Of a stretch of 23,325 bases of DNA, positions 1 through 8,784 are shown piece after piece; position 1 is the first letter of the stretch; each line of letters begins with the position of its first letter. Below the pieces are notes generated by a model. It was not told where the DNA came from, made no database searches, and saw nothing but the letters and a program-made list of their open reading frames with translations. Location: IMG/VR virus record IMGVR_UViG_2511231170_000001; one strand, written 5' to 3'. The DNA is from a virus (lineage: Duplodnaviria > Heunggongvirae > Uroviricota > Caudoviricetes). The position numbers were made by a program, and so were the translations under genes.

Positions 1-858
1 TCACTCACCTCTCATCTCGCTGGCAGTGCTCCCGGATTGGTGTCGGGCGATGATGTTGTTCAGCTTATCAATCAGCTCAGGTCGCTTGAATACGATTTGT
101 GCAGTTCCCTTCTGAAAATACTTAATCACAAACATCTCATCCTCATAGTGGTTGCTGTGCCGGTTTTCATGAATATGGTCTCCCAGCCGACGGGTAACGT
201 CAGCGCGGTTGTCGGGAACAGGCTTCCCGTCAAGGATCATCAGCATTCGCTCAAGGTCTGCTAACCGGTCACGCTGTCAGCCATGGTTAAGCCCGAATCC
301 CCACCGGTCGAATTTGACCAGTCCCGTCACAATGATTTTCGCTCCAAACCCGCAGGGCGAATTCGTCTTAAAATTCCAGCTTAATCCTTTGAAAACGTTA
401 ATGACGCCACGCTAAAACACCTCACCCTTGTTCAAATGCAGTTGCTTAAAGGTGCTCAGAATATTCGCTTCGCTGACCACCGGAATATCATCCTTTTCTA
501 GGCTGTTGTACCACTGGTTACGGGCCTGAGCGTCCATAATCGACAGCATCCCTGAGCGTTTCATTAAATCCCGCCATTTACCGCGATCGAGATTGCGGGT
601 AATGGCTTTCATCGCTGTTTCAGGCTTCTCCATAAGCCAGCAACCACAGCGAAAATCCTGTTTCATGACCCAGTCCAGGGCGGTTTTTCCGCCGATACTG
701 AGGGTTTGTGTCGAAATATCGTTAATCTGGTGGAGCAATGCTTCAATCTGTGTCAGCGCCGCATTACGTCCGGTGACGATGCGTTCAATACTGGTGGAGC
801 AAATCACATCGGTATGATCGGTTAATACTTCGGGGTTGGTGAGAGTAGGTTCTGACAT
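1..858 (-). pseudogene. Hypothetical gene disrupted by two in-frame stops (TAG at 412-414, TGA at 277-279); ORFs 412..858 and 1..246 are in the same frame
   Basis: Hand translation of 247-411 on the minus strand shows the 148-aa and 81-aa ORFs share a frame and are separated only by two stop codons; the intervening 44 codons read protein-like. Confidence 0.4.
412..858 (-). CDS. Hypothetical protein, 148-aa N-terminal segment of the disrupted gene
   Basis: ATG at 856-858 preceded by AGGAAAT Shine-Dalgarno on the minus strand; no family recognised. Confidence 0.5.
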   Translation of the reverse strand: MSEPTLTNPEVLTDHTDVICSTSIERIVTGRNAALTQIEALLHQINDISTQTLSIGGKTALDWVMKQDFRCGCWLMEKPETAMKAITRNLDRGKWRDLMKRSGMLSIMDAQARNQWYNSLEKDDIPVVSEANILSTFKQLHLNKGEVF

Positions 859-1082
859 TATTTATTTCCTTTATACAAAGCAAAGCGCCAGCCGGTGGGG
901 GCTGGCACGTGTATGTGTGTAATGAGTACGGACAGGGAGTTAATCTGTACGGGTCTTTTGCAGACGTTGAAACTGACACAGCTCGCGAACGTCCTGACAT
1001 GCACGTTCAATCCAGGGAAACAGTACTGCCGAATCTGTTTTATCCTCATCGTTGTCAAAGATAATTCCCGATTCGCAGTCGA

Positions 1083-1090
1083 TATTGTTC
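1083..1090. repeat. Target-site duplication TATTGTTC, left copy, of the IS66-family element
   Basis: Identical 8-mer at 15765-15772 immediately outside the other terminal inverted repeat; 8 bp is the IS66-family duplication length. Confidence 0.75.
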
Positions 1091-1172
1091 GTAAGCGTAA
1101 AGCCAATGCCGTCTGTAACTCCTGATCCTTGCAGACTAAATTAGAGCTCCTTCTAAATTAGACGGAGTTCTA

Positions 1173-1394
1173 TTGATGGATAAACCTACAGACTGGCGCT
1201 CTGGGACGCGCCGGATATTTTCTAATGAATTTAAGCTTCATATGGTTGAACTGGCTTCGAAACCAAATGCCAATGTTGCACAACTGGCCCGGGAACATGG
1301 CGTTGATAACAACCTGATTTTTAAATGGCTACGTCTCTGGCAAAGAGAAGGACGTATTTCTCGTAGAATGCCTCCAACTATTCCATTACGGTAA
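1173..1394 (+). CDS. tnpA: IS66-family accessory protein (orfA/TnpA-like), possibly truncated
   Basis: First gene of the IS66 unit, 70 bp upstream of tnpB; helix-turn-helix-like N-terminus. Confidence 0.55.
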   Translation: MMDKPTDWRSGTRRIFSNEFKLHMVELASKPNANVAQLAREHGVDNNLIFKWLRLWQREGRISRRMPPTIPLR

Positions 1395-1463
1395 AATGAC
1401 ACTGGGAAATCCTTCACCAGAGCTGCTCACGGTGTTGATCCGTGAACTGACCGGGAGGGGAAG

Positions 1464-1814
1464 ATGATCTCACTCCCATCAGGTACCCGCATCTGGCTCG
1501 TGGCCGGCGTTACCGATATGCGTAAATCCTTCAACGGTCTGGGAGAACAGGTACAACATGTGCTGGATGAGACCCCCTTCTCAGGTCACCTGTTTATCTT
1601 TCGTGGCCGACGGGGTGACACTGTTAAAATACTCTGGGCCGATGCTGATGGTCTGTGCCTGTTCACCAAACGCCTGGAGGAAGGCCAGTTTATCTGGCCT
1701 GCGGTGCGTGACGGTAAGGTATCCATTACCCGCTCGCAACTGGCAATGCTCCTCGATAAGCTGGACTGGCGTCAGCCAAAAACATTCCGCCTTAACTCAC
1801 TGACAATGTTGTAA
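1464..1814 (+). CDS. tnpB: IS66-family accessory protein TnpB
   Basis: 116-aa ORF beginning MISLPSGTRIWLVAGVTDMRKSFNGL, recalled as characteristic of IS66 TnpB. Confidence 0.9.
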   Translation: MISLPSGTRIWLVAGVTDMRKSFNGLGEQVQHVLDETPFSGHLFIFRGRRGDTVKILWADADGLCLFTKRLEEGQFIWPAVRDGKVSITRSQLAMLLDKLDWRQPKTFRLNSLTML

Positions 1815-1817
1815 AAA

Positions 1818-3250
1818 ATGCCTGGCCGCATTATAAAAACGGCCATGAGTCAGAAATACCTCATTCGCATTGCAGAACTGGAAAGCCAGCTCCGTCAGAA
1901 AGACCAGCAACTGAGTCTGGTTGAAGAGACGAAGACCTTCCTGCGCTCTGCACTGGCACGTGCCGAAGAAAAGATCGAAGAAGATGAACGGGAAATAGAA
2001 CATCTGCGGGCTCAGATAGAAAAACTGCGCCGGATGCTGTTCGGTACCTGTTCTGAAAAACTGCGTCGTGAAGTTGAACAGGCTGAGGCCCTGCTGAAAC
2101 AACGCGAACAGGACAGCGATCGTTACAGTGGGCGGGAAGACGATCCACAGGTTCCCCGCCAGTTGCGGCAGTCGCGCCATCGTCGTCCGTTCCCGGCACA
2201 CCTTCCCCGTGAAATACACCGTCTGGAGTCTGAAGAAAGCTGTTGCCCGGAGTGTGGCGGTGAGCTGGATTATCTGGGGGAAGTCAGTGCAGAACAACTG
2301 GAACTGGTGAGCAGCGCTCTGAAAGTGATCCGCACAGAACGGGTAAAAAAAGCCTGTACAAAATGTGACTGCATCGTTGAAGCACCGGCGCCGTCCCGCC
2401 GCGATAGAGCGTGGTATCGCGGGCCCCGGATTACTTGCCCGCGTGTTTACGGGAAAATACTGCGAACACCTGCCACTGTATCGTCAGAGTGAAATCTTTG
2501 CCCGACAGGGTGTCGAACTGAGCCGTGCATTACTCTCCAACTGGGTTGACGCGTGCTGCCAGTTAATGACGCCGCTGAATGATGCCCTGTATCGTTATGT
2601 GATGAATACCCGCAAGCTTCACACTGACGACACACCGGTAAAGGTACTGGCACCGGGCCTGAAAAAGACGAAAACAGGGCGCATCTGGACGTATGTCCGG
2701 GATGATCGCAATGCGGGTTCGTCATCTCCTCCGGCGGTCTGGTTCGCGTACTCACCGAACAGGCAGGGGAAACACCCGGAGCAACACCTCCGCCCCTTCC
2801 GGGGTATCCTGCAGGCGGATGCGTTCACAGGTTACGACAGGCTGTTCAGTGCAGAACGCGAAGGTGGTGCGCTGACAGAAGTTGCGTGCTGTGCTCATGC
2901 CCGGAGAAAAATCCACGATGTATACATCAGCAGCAAAAGTGCGATGGCAGAAGAAGCCCTGAAGCGAATCAGTGAACTGTACGCCATCGAGGATGAAATA
3001 CGGGGATTACCAGAGTCAGAGCGTCTTGCAGTCAGGCAGCAGCGAAGCAAAGCGTTACTGACGTCGCTGCATGAATGGATGGTGGAGAAGAATGGCACGC
3101 TGTCGAAAAAATCCAGACTGGGCGAAGCGTTCAGCTATGTACTGAATCAGTGGGACGCCCTCTGTTATTACCGTGATGACGGTCTGGCGGAGGCGGACAA
3201 TAACACAGCGGAAAGAGCGCTTCGTGCAGTCTGTCTCGGAAAGAAAAATT
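1818..3250 (+). pseudogene. tnpC: IS66-family transposase TnpC, frameshifted near 2395-2410 and cut at 3250 by the IS110-family insertion
   Basis: N-terminal coiled-coil and CPECGG...CTKCD zinc-finger region in one frame (1818..2492), the ...GPGLLA...HLPLYRQ core in another (2365..); the ...RALRAVCLGKKN end is followed by unrelated sequence. Confidence 0.85.
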
Positions 3251-4393
3251 CTTATGACCTTTGTCAAATATTAAGCCCAAAAAGACCTTACGCAGCTCCG
3301 GGAGCTTCGTTATATCGCGGATTAAAGAACCTGAAACAGTCAGACTGTATCTTGGATTTTACAAACTCTTATTCGGGGATTTTAGCCCCATGACGATTTA
3401 CGCAGTGAGCTGGCCTCTTTCTACGTGCAGGTATTAGCGCATTCTGGCTTCCCTGAATTCTTTTACGAGGATCACTCATTCCGTGTCTGACTGCTTCAGG
3501 GTTTAATTTTGCTTCTGCTGACTGAATGATGATTGGGCAGCAAGTGCAATATCCCACATAAATCCAGTCAACTCACGAGCCACCGCCGTAATGGCTACTT
3601 GTGATTTTTTCCCTTTTGCTGTCAGACTTCGGTAACGAGAACACAATCGTTGTTGAGCTTTCCATGCAATATCTTTGGAATATTGTGTTACAGAGTCCGG
3701 TCGGTAATATATAAGCCATGCCCCAACTTTTGCAGGTGTACGATAAGACCAGGCGGCTTCGTAAAGCAGACGTCTCAGTTCGCTGTTTCCAACTTTTGTT
3801 ATTCCTCTGGGACGAATACTGTTTCCACTGGAATATTCACCTGGCACCAGTCCCAGAAAAGCCATGAGCTGTTTGGGATTGGAAAATCGCGAAAAATCAC
3901 CCAGTTCAGCAACCAGAGTTATTGCAATTAGCTGACCAACACCTTTAAGAGCCTGCAACTGGCAGACCAGATTGCACAGAGACCACTCAGGTAACAGGCG
4001 AGATATTTCCTGGTCGAGTTGAAGTATGCGATCTTCAATCTGCTCCAGACTTTGACAATAGTGTTGAAAAGCAATCTGTTGAGATGGCTGACTAAATGAT
4101 TGATTAGCTAACCAGGTTCGATGTTTTCCTGTCCAGTGCTTTCCTGCATAATGTTTGTCTGTTCGCAATAGCATGCTCAGAATTCGCTGTCGGGCAACTC
4201 TGCTGTCTCGTTTAGCTGCTGCACGGGCTCTGATTAGATCCCGCATAGCTTCATGAGTCAGGTCAGGGATCCAGACAGGGGTAAGTTCTCCAGCCCGCAG
4301 TAACCTGGCGAGAGAAATTGCGTCCCGATGATCATTTTTGATTCTGTCTGTCGGTGATTTTGGTATGCGGGAAGGGGCAATAACCTGGCATTT
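3251..4393 (-). mobile_element. IS110/IS1111-family element, 3' portion (C-terminal part of transposase plus 250-bp 3' noncoding end)
   Basis: DEDD-type IS110-family transposase similarity; subterminal TATGACC at 3252-3258 is the inverted partner of GGTCATA at 15534-15540; the two parts sum to about 1.45 kb, a typical IS110-family size. Confidence 0.65.
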
Positions 4394-4441
4394 TATATTC
4401 ATCGCTGTGATTTTATAAATTAGTGTTTTTTGCTGTTTCAT
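3503..4441 (-). pseudogene. IS110-family transposase, C-terminal about 300 aa; the ATG at 4441 and first ~16 codons lie on the island side of the junction
   Basis: ...IKCQVIAPSRIPKSPTDRIKNDHRDAISLARLLRAGEL matches the IS110-family consensus; the N-terminal 77 aa of the same protein are at 15237-15485. Confidence 0.8.
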
Positions 4442-4537
4442 AATGTGCCACGTTGTTCATTATGTTTTTGATTTTTAAGCTCATTGCAATTTTTCTTGTT
4501 CCAACTTGTTCCACGTTGTACCCCCTTGTGCAATGAT

Positions 4538-4563
4538 CGGTGTAGTTAATGGTGTAGTTAATT
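4538..4563 (+). repeat. Left terminal 26-bp direct repeat CGGTGTAGTTAATGGTGTAGTTAATT (two tandem GGTGTAGTTAAT units); candidate integrase arm-type site or att core
   Basis: Perfect 26/26 match to 15154-15179; preceded by 10-bp-phased CTTGTTCCA repeats at 4495-4513. Confidence 0.85.
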
Positions 4564-4584
4564 GTGATGACCGGATTCAAAATT

Positions 4585-5814
4585 ATGAGCAGAGCACTTA
4601 ACAAACTGAGCGATACACAGCTAAGAAAAATCAACGGCACACCAGCCCCAAAAACCACATTTCTTAATGACGGTGGAAACCTGAGCGTCAGGCATTCCAC
4701 CAGCGGCTTATTAACCTGGTATTTCACCTACAGAGCAGGAGCTGGACGCCAGGTATCACCGGAACGCCTGAAGCTGGGAAATTATCCTGATCTGAGCCTG
4801 AAAGCAGCCAGGGAAAAAGCGGCACAGTGTCGCGCATGGCTGGCAGAAGGAAAAAATCCACGCCATGAGCTTAATTACTCCATACAGGAAGCACTAAAGC
4901 CGGTAACGGTGGGTGATGCGATCAGCTACTGGCTGGAAATGCACGTAAAGGAAAACCGTGTCGATTACGTATGCCTGAAAAGCCGCCTGAATAATCACGT
5001 CATACAGCATATTGGCAATATGCCACTGGATAAATGCGAGTTACGTCACTGGCTGGCCTGTTTTGACCGGATACGCAAAAAATCCCCTGTAACGTCTGGT
5101 CACATGATGCAGGCGTGTAAACAGGCGCTTAAGTTCTGCCGTAAACGTCGCTACGCAGTCAGTAACGTTCTGGATGATCTTAACGTGGTGGACGTTGGCA
5201 AAAAACCAGGCATAAGCGAACGCGTGCTGAGCAACAAAGAACTTGGCGAATTATTACAGGCGCTGGATAAAAAAATATTCCCGCCCTACTACAGCGCACT
5301 AATCCGCCTCCTGATTGTGTTCGGCTGCCGAACCGGAGAACTGAGATTATCGGAGATCAGGGAGTGGGATTTTAAGGAAATGCTCTGGACAGTACCGAAA
5401 GAGCACAGCAAAACGAAGGTCGCCATATTCAGGCCAATACCGGAAAGCATTTTACCGTTCGTCACGCAGCTGGTGGAGCAGAACAGACACACAGGGCTAT
5501 TACTCGGGGAACTGAAACAGGAAGCCAGTGTGTCGCAATACGGCAGATTCATGCACAAAAAATTAAACCATCCGCACTGGTCACTACACGATATACGGCG
5601 CACGTTTACCACGATGCTGAACGATTTAGGCGTGGATCCGCATATTGTCGAACAACTCACCGCTCACCAGATGCCAGGGATGCAGCGAGTCTATAACCAC
5701 TCCCGTTATCTCGATGCGAAACGTAATGCGCTGGACATGTGGACAGAGCGGTTAGAGATACTGGCGGGTACTCACAAAAACGTAACCACACTGCCAATAG
5801 CCAGAGAAATATAA
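4585..5814 (+). CDS. int: Tyrosine site-specific integrase (P4-type, N-terminal arm-binding domain)
   Basis: N-terminus LSDTQLRK...DGGNLSV...WYFTYR and C-terminal HDIRRTF...Y catalytic region; start uncertain (GTG 4564, ATG 4567 or ATG 4585). Confidence 0.9.
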   Translation: MSRALNKLSDTQLRKINGTPAPKTTFLNDGGNLSVRHSTSGLLTWYFTYRAGAGRQVSPERLKLGNYPDLSLKAAREKAAQCRAWLAEGKNPRHELNYSIQEALKPVTVGDAISYWLEMHVKENRVDYVCLKSRLNNHVIQHIGNMPLDKCELRHWLACFDRIRKKSPVTSGHMMQACKQALKFCRKRRYAVSNVLDDLNVVDVGKKPGISERVLSNKELGELLQALDKKIFPPYYSALIRLLIVFGCRTGELRLSEIREWDFKEMLWTVPKEHSKTKVAIFRPIPESILPFVTQLVEQNRHTGLLLGELKQEASVSQYGRFMHKKLNHPHWSLHDIRRTFTTMLNDLGVDPHIVEQLTAHQMPGMQRVYNHSRYLDAKRNALDMWTERLEILAGTHKNVTTLPIAREI

Positions 5815-6181
5815 TTTTTTTTGCGATTTTTTAGAACTGACACAACGTGAAACAACGAGACACCACGACGAACAACGGCGAACAATCTGGAACAAACTTG
5901 ATTAACATCTGACTGACACCCTAAAAAGTTGATTTTCAGTCGTTTTACTGGCTTTTTGTACATTGGCGAATCACTCTTAAAAACATGTAAAAAAGGCGTA
6001 AAAACAGAATTTTATGCCTTTGCACCACAATGAATTAAAAGAGTTTTTATTCTCATTACCACACTTCTGTAAAATGACCGCCGCCAGTGTTTGCCATTCC
6101 ATAAACACCCTGACACAATCCGACGCACCACAACACAATAGGACACCAAATAACTCTTTAAGAAATATCAAAGGGGGAATT

Positions 6182-6370
6182 GTGTTAAGCACAGATCGCT
6201 TTATACGTGAAAAAGAATGTCAGCAACTTACAGGCCTGAGCCGTTCATGTCGGTACCGCCTGGAAAAAACCGGACAATTCCCATCACGGCGTAAGCTCGG
6301 CGGTCGTTCCGTTGGCTGGTCTTTATCCGAAGTTCTGGCATGGAAGGAAAGCTGCGAGGCAGTTCACTAA
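6182..6370 (+). CDS. alpA: AlpA-family transcriptional regulator / excisionase-like protein
   Basis: GTG start after AAGGGGGAA Shine-Dalgarno; ...GLSRSCRYRLEKTGQFPSRRKLGGRSVGWSLSEVLAWKE resembles AlpA. Confidence 0.8.
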   Translation: MLSTDRFIREKECQQLTGLSRSCRYRLEKTGQFPSRRKLGGRSVGWSLSEVLAWKESCEAVH

Positions 6371-6898
6371 TCAGGCTGGCGGCACACAGCCGCCACCCAT
6401 CCACTAATACAGAGATCTAACCATGAATACTGGATATTCTCCCGAACAAGGGCGGGGCTTCGTTCGTCCTGAAAAACAGAATCTGCAAAATTTTGCCGAA
6501 ATTATTCCGGTTATTTCCGGCCTTACTGGCGGGAGTGAAACCAATATTGTTAACGCCAGAGCGTTGCAGATGTTTGATGATAAAAAGGGAGTAAATTTAA
6601 CTTACACCCCTGACGGCAATCAGAATATGAGCATTATCTCTGAGTCAGGTTTCTACAAACTAATAAAAACAAAAAGCGCCCCGTTGCCGGAGCGCCTTTG
6701 TGAACAATTAACCTACTGCGCAAAAAATGAATCTGAGCAGTGGGATTATATCAACCGTGTGGCGAAGCGCCACAATTGCCGGATAACAGGCAAAACAAAG
6801 GCCACCCGCTACGGTGGCCCCTCGACACAAGCTACACGTTATCCCCAACGCATGAGCATCACCAACAATGCCACATTTGCGGCTGGTGGGCAATGTGA

Positions 6899-7087
6899 TC
6901 AGTCAGATTTGGTTCGTTCCAAGGTTTGCAACGAGAGCTTTTTCCTGTGCTCTTTAAGGAATTTCTCAAGAGCAAAAGCACATGGCGCGAATCTTTCTGA
7001 TTCATGCTCTATCTTTCTGCGCCGTCTTTTCCGTGCCGGTGATAATGTTTTGGTCAATTCTTTATCGGTCATTGTGTTGTCCTGCAT
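6899..7087 (-). CDS. Small basic hypothetical protein, second gene of the leftward operon
   Basis: 62-aa ORF downstream of the RHH-like gene; hairpin plus T-run terminator on the minus strand near 6790-6820. Confidence 0.3.
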   Translation of the reverse strand: MQDNTMTDKELTKTLSPARKRRRRKIEHESERFAPCAFALEKFLKEHRKKLSLQTLERTKSD

Positions 7088-7129
7088 AGCAATGCGCCGT
7101 AATACCTTACACCACGGCGCTGATGGTGA

Positions 7130-7435
7130 TTACTCTGGTTCTTTGGTCTTGCGACGCTGGAGTTCTTCGCGTGCAACGGTGACAAGCTGCCCGATTTCTT
7201 CCGCTGCTTTGATGCCGATTTGTTCGACCTTAGCCAGGGCATCCAGTGACGACACAAGGGGATTTTCTCCGCTGCCTTCTGCTTGGCGGCGGGCTATTTC
7301 TCCGCGCATGGCGGTTACGATAAATCCGGCATTGCTTTCGCCGTCCAGCTTAACGGATTCCATCCCTTGCATAACATCTAGTGGGACTCTGACAGTTGTC
7401 AGTTGTGATTTTGCGTTTTTGTTAGCCGTTGCCAT
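7130..7435 (-). CDS. Putative ribbon-helix-helix DNA-binding protein; candidate island repressor
   Basis: AGGAG Shine-Dalgarno 7 nt before ATG; N-terminal beta-strand then two helices (TTVRVPLDVMQGMESVKLDGESNAGFIVTAMRGEIARR); divergent from the rightward operon. Confidence 0.55.
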   Translation of the reverse strand: MATANKNAKSQLTTVRVPLDVMQGMESVKLDGESNAGFIVTAMRGEIARRQAEGSGENPLVSSLDALAKVEQIGIKAAEEIGQLVTVAREELQRRKTKEPE

Positions 7436-7496
7436 TTCTGAAACTCCTAATCATCGGTGTGTTTCAGTATACACAAAAAAAGAAATACAAAAAGCC

Positions 7497-7534
7497 TTGA
7501 CGTGTGTTTCATGCGCTCATAACATGAAACACAC
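7497..7534 (+). promoter_or_regulatory. Rightward promoter (-35 TTGACG 7497-7502, 17-bp spacer, -10 TAACAT 7520-7525) overlapped by a perfect 12-bp inverted repeat GTGTGTTTCATG-N9-CATGAAACACAC
   Basis: Read directly; a further half-site GTGTGTTTCA at 7457-7466. Confidence 0.5.
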
Positions 7535-7632
7535 CAAAAGAATTGTTGAAATACAAAGAGCAACGCCCCGCAGTGCCGGAAACACATACGGGGCGTCTAA
7601 CCACCAACGATAGCAAGATTATCGAGGCTGCT

Positions 7633-7839
7633 ATGAGAAATCATACCATACACCCGCAAGGGCGGGACTCGCACAACCTGAATAAATACATCTGGCGTTT
7701 TATCGCCCTGAGTACGGCACAACCGCGCGTGATTACCATTGAGGCCACCAGCGAACAGGAAGCCCGTCAGCAATCACCGGCTGGCTGCGTGATGGTATTC
7801 GCCGCCCGTATTCGTCAGGGGGTGCACCATGTGCAATAA
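7633..7839 (+). CDS. Small protein resembling Icd-like (host cell division inhibitor-like) proteins of P4-like islands
   Basis: GAGG Shine-Dalgarno; motif WRFIA...IEATSEQEARQ...FAARI recalled from Icd-like annotations; uncertain. Confidence 0.45.
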   Translation: MRNHTIHPQGRDSHNLNKYIWRFIALSTAQPRVITIEATSEQEARQQSPAGCVMVFAARIRQGVHHVQ

Positions 7840-8065
7840 CACCCGTCCGGACGCAGCCGCCGAAGCAATCAAAACACTGATTGATGCGCTGATTGATATT
7901 TCTGTTATCGCGGACAGGGCGCATAAGCACGCTACCAGTGAAACAGAATATGCCGGGGCTTTCGTTCCTCATTCACTGGCTGTAATGCAACTTAGTGCTG
8001 ATATGGCACTGAATGAGGCCAGCAAAATTATCATGGCTGATATGGAGGTGGTGAGCCATGAATAA
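7829..8065 (+). CDS. Hypothetical protein
   Basis: 78-aa ORF, start overlaps the preceding gene's end. Confidence 0.4.
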   Translation: MCNNTRPDAAAEAIKTLIDALIDISVIADRAHKHATSETEYAGAFVPHSLAVMQLSADMALNEASKIIMADMEVVSHE

Positions 8066-8270
8066 TAATGAAGCGCACTTATCTGTAGTGCTGAATGTGC
8101 CGTCAGATTATACGGGGCGCGTACTGGTGTATCTGGAAAAAGGCCGGGTTAAATGCCAGTGCCGTTTAATGGAAAACGAATTTATCAGCACTCTTGCGGG
8201 ATTTTCTGAAATGCTCACTAAATCGGGTGTTAGTGCAGACCAGTTACGCGGGGGCGATTATGCGAAATAA
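8058..8270 (+). CDS. Hypothetical protein
   Basis: 70-aa ORF overlapping its neighbours by a few nucleotides. Confidence 0.4.
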   Translation: MNNNEAHLSVVLNVPSDYTGRVLVYLEKGRVKCQCRLMENEFISTLAGFSEMLTKSGVSADQLRGGDYAK

Positions 8271-8478
8271 ACATGATATTGAAGACCTGGCATTTGAAGC
8301 CCTGCACTCTGCGAAAAAAATCAGGGAAGTCGTCAATATGTGGATGAACAGCCTTAGCACCGATGAATCCGATAGCAGAGAGGAAATTCTTATTTCTTTG
8401 TTGTTAGACCTGGCAAATACACAGGTTTCTCTGACATCTGATATTGAACTCGCCGCTAAAAATCTGCCTCTGGAGTAA
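8260..8478 (+). CDS. Hypothetical protein
   Basis: ATG at 8260 overlaps the upstream stop (ATGCGAAATAA); acidic 72-aa product. Confidence 0.4.
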   Translation: MRNKHDIEDLAFEALHSAKKIREVVNMWMNSLSTDESDSREEILISLLLDLANTQVSLTSDIELAAKNLPLE

Positions 8479-8484
8479 AAAAAC

Positions 8485-8784
8485 ATGAAACAGAAAAATT
8501 CTGGCTTTACTGCCAGTGGTCTCCCTCGGCCTGAAATCCGCCCCGGCGATATTTTCCGGGATAACTACGGTGGCACGGTAACGATTAAAAGCGTGGCGGG
8601 GCGGTGCGTTACTTACCGCCGTGATGGGTACGGCTATGACTGCGTGATGCCTGCTTATCAGTTCCGGCGTGATTTTTCACTGATACAGGCCACACCACGC
8701 AAACAGCCCACCAGCAACGCAAAGGCACGGGCAAATATTCAGAAAATGAAAAACATGATTAACGCATTCAGGGGCAAAAAATGA
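8485..8784 (+). CDS. Hypothetical protein
   Basis: 99-aa ORF directly upstream of, and overlapping by 4 nt, the replication gene. Confidence 0.45.
   Translation: MKQKNSGFTASGLPRPEIRPGDIFRDNYGGTVTIKSVAGRCVTYRRDGYGYDCVMPAYQFRRDFSLIQATPRKQPTSNAKARANIQKMKNMINAFRGKK

Noticed and set aside
1797-2297. Minus-strand ORFs (166 aa and 112 aa) inside IS66 tnpC
   Set aside because: Antisense to the recognisable transposase reading frame.
4413-4727. 104-aa minus-strand ORF across the left island end and integrase start
   Set aside because: Spans the terminal repeat arrays and runs antisense to the integrase N-terminus; repeat-driven artefact.
6800-7613. C-terminal two thirds of the 396-aa ORF 6423..7613
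   Set aside because: S/L/C-rich, antisense to the RHH-like operon and crossing the operator and promoter region; an open-frame artefact.
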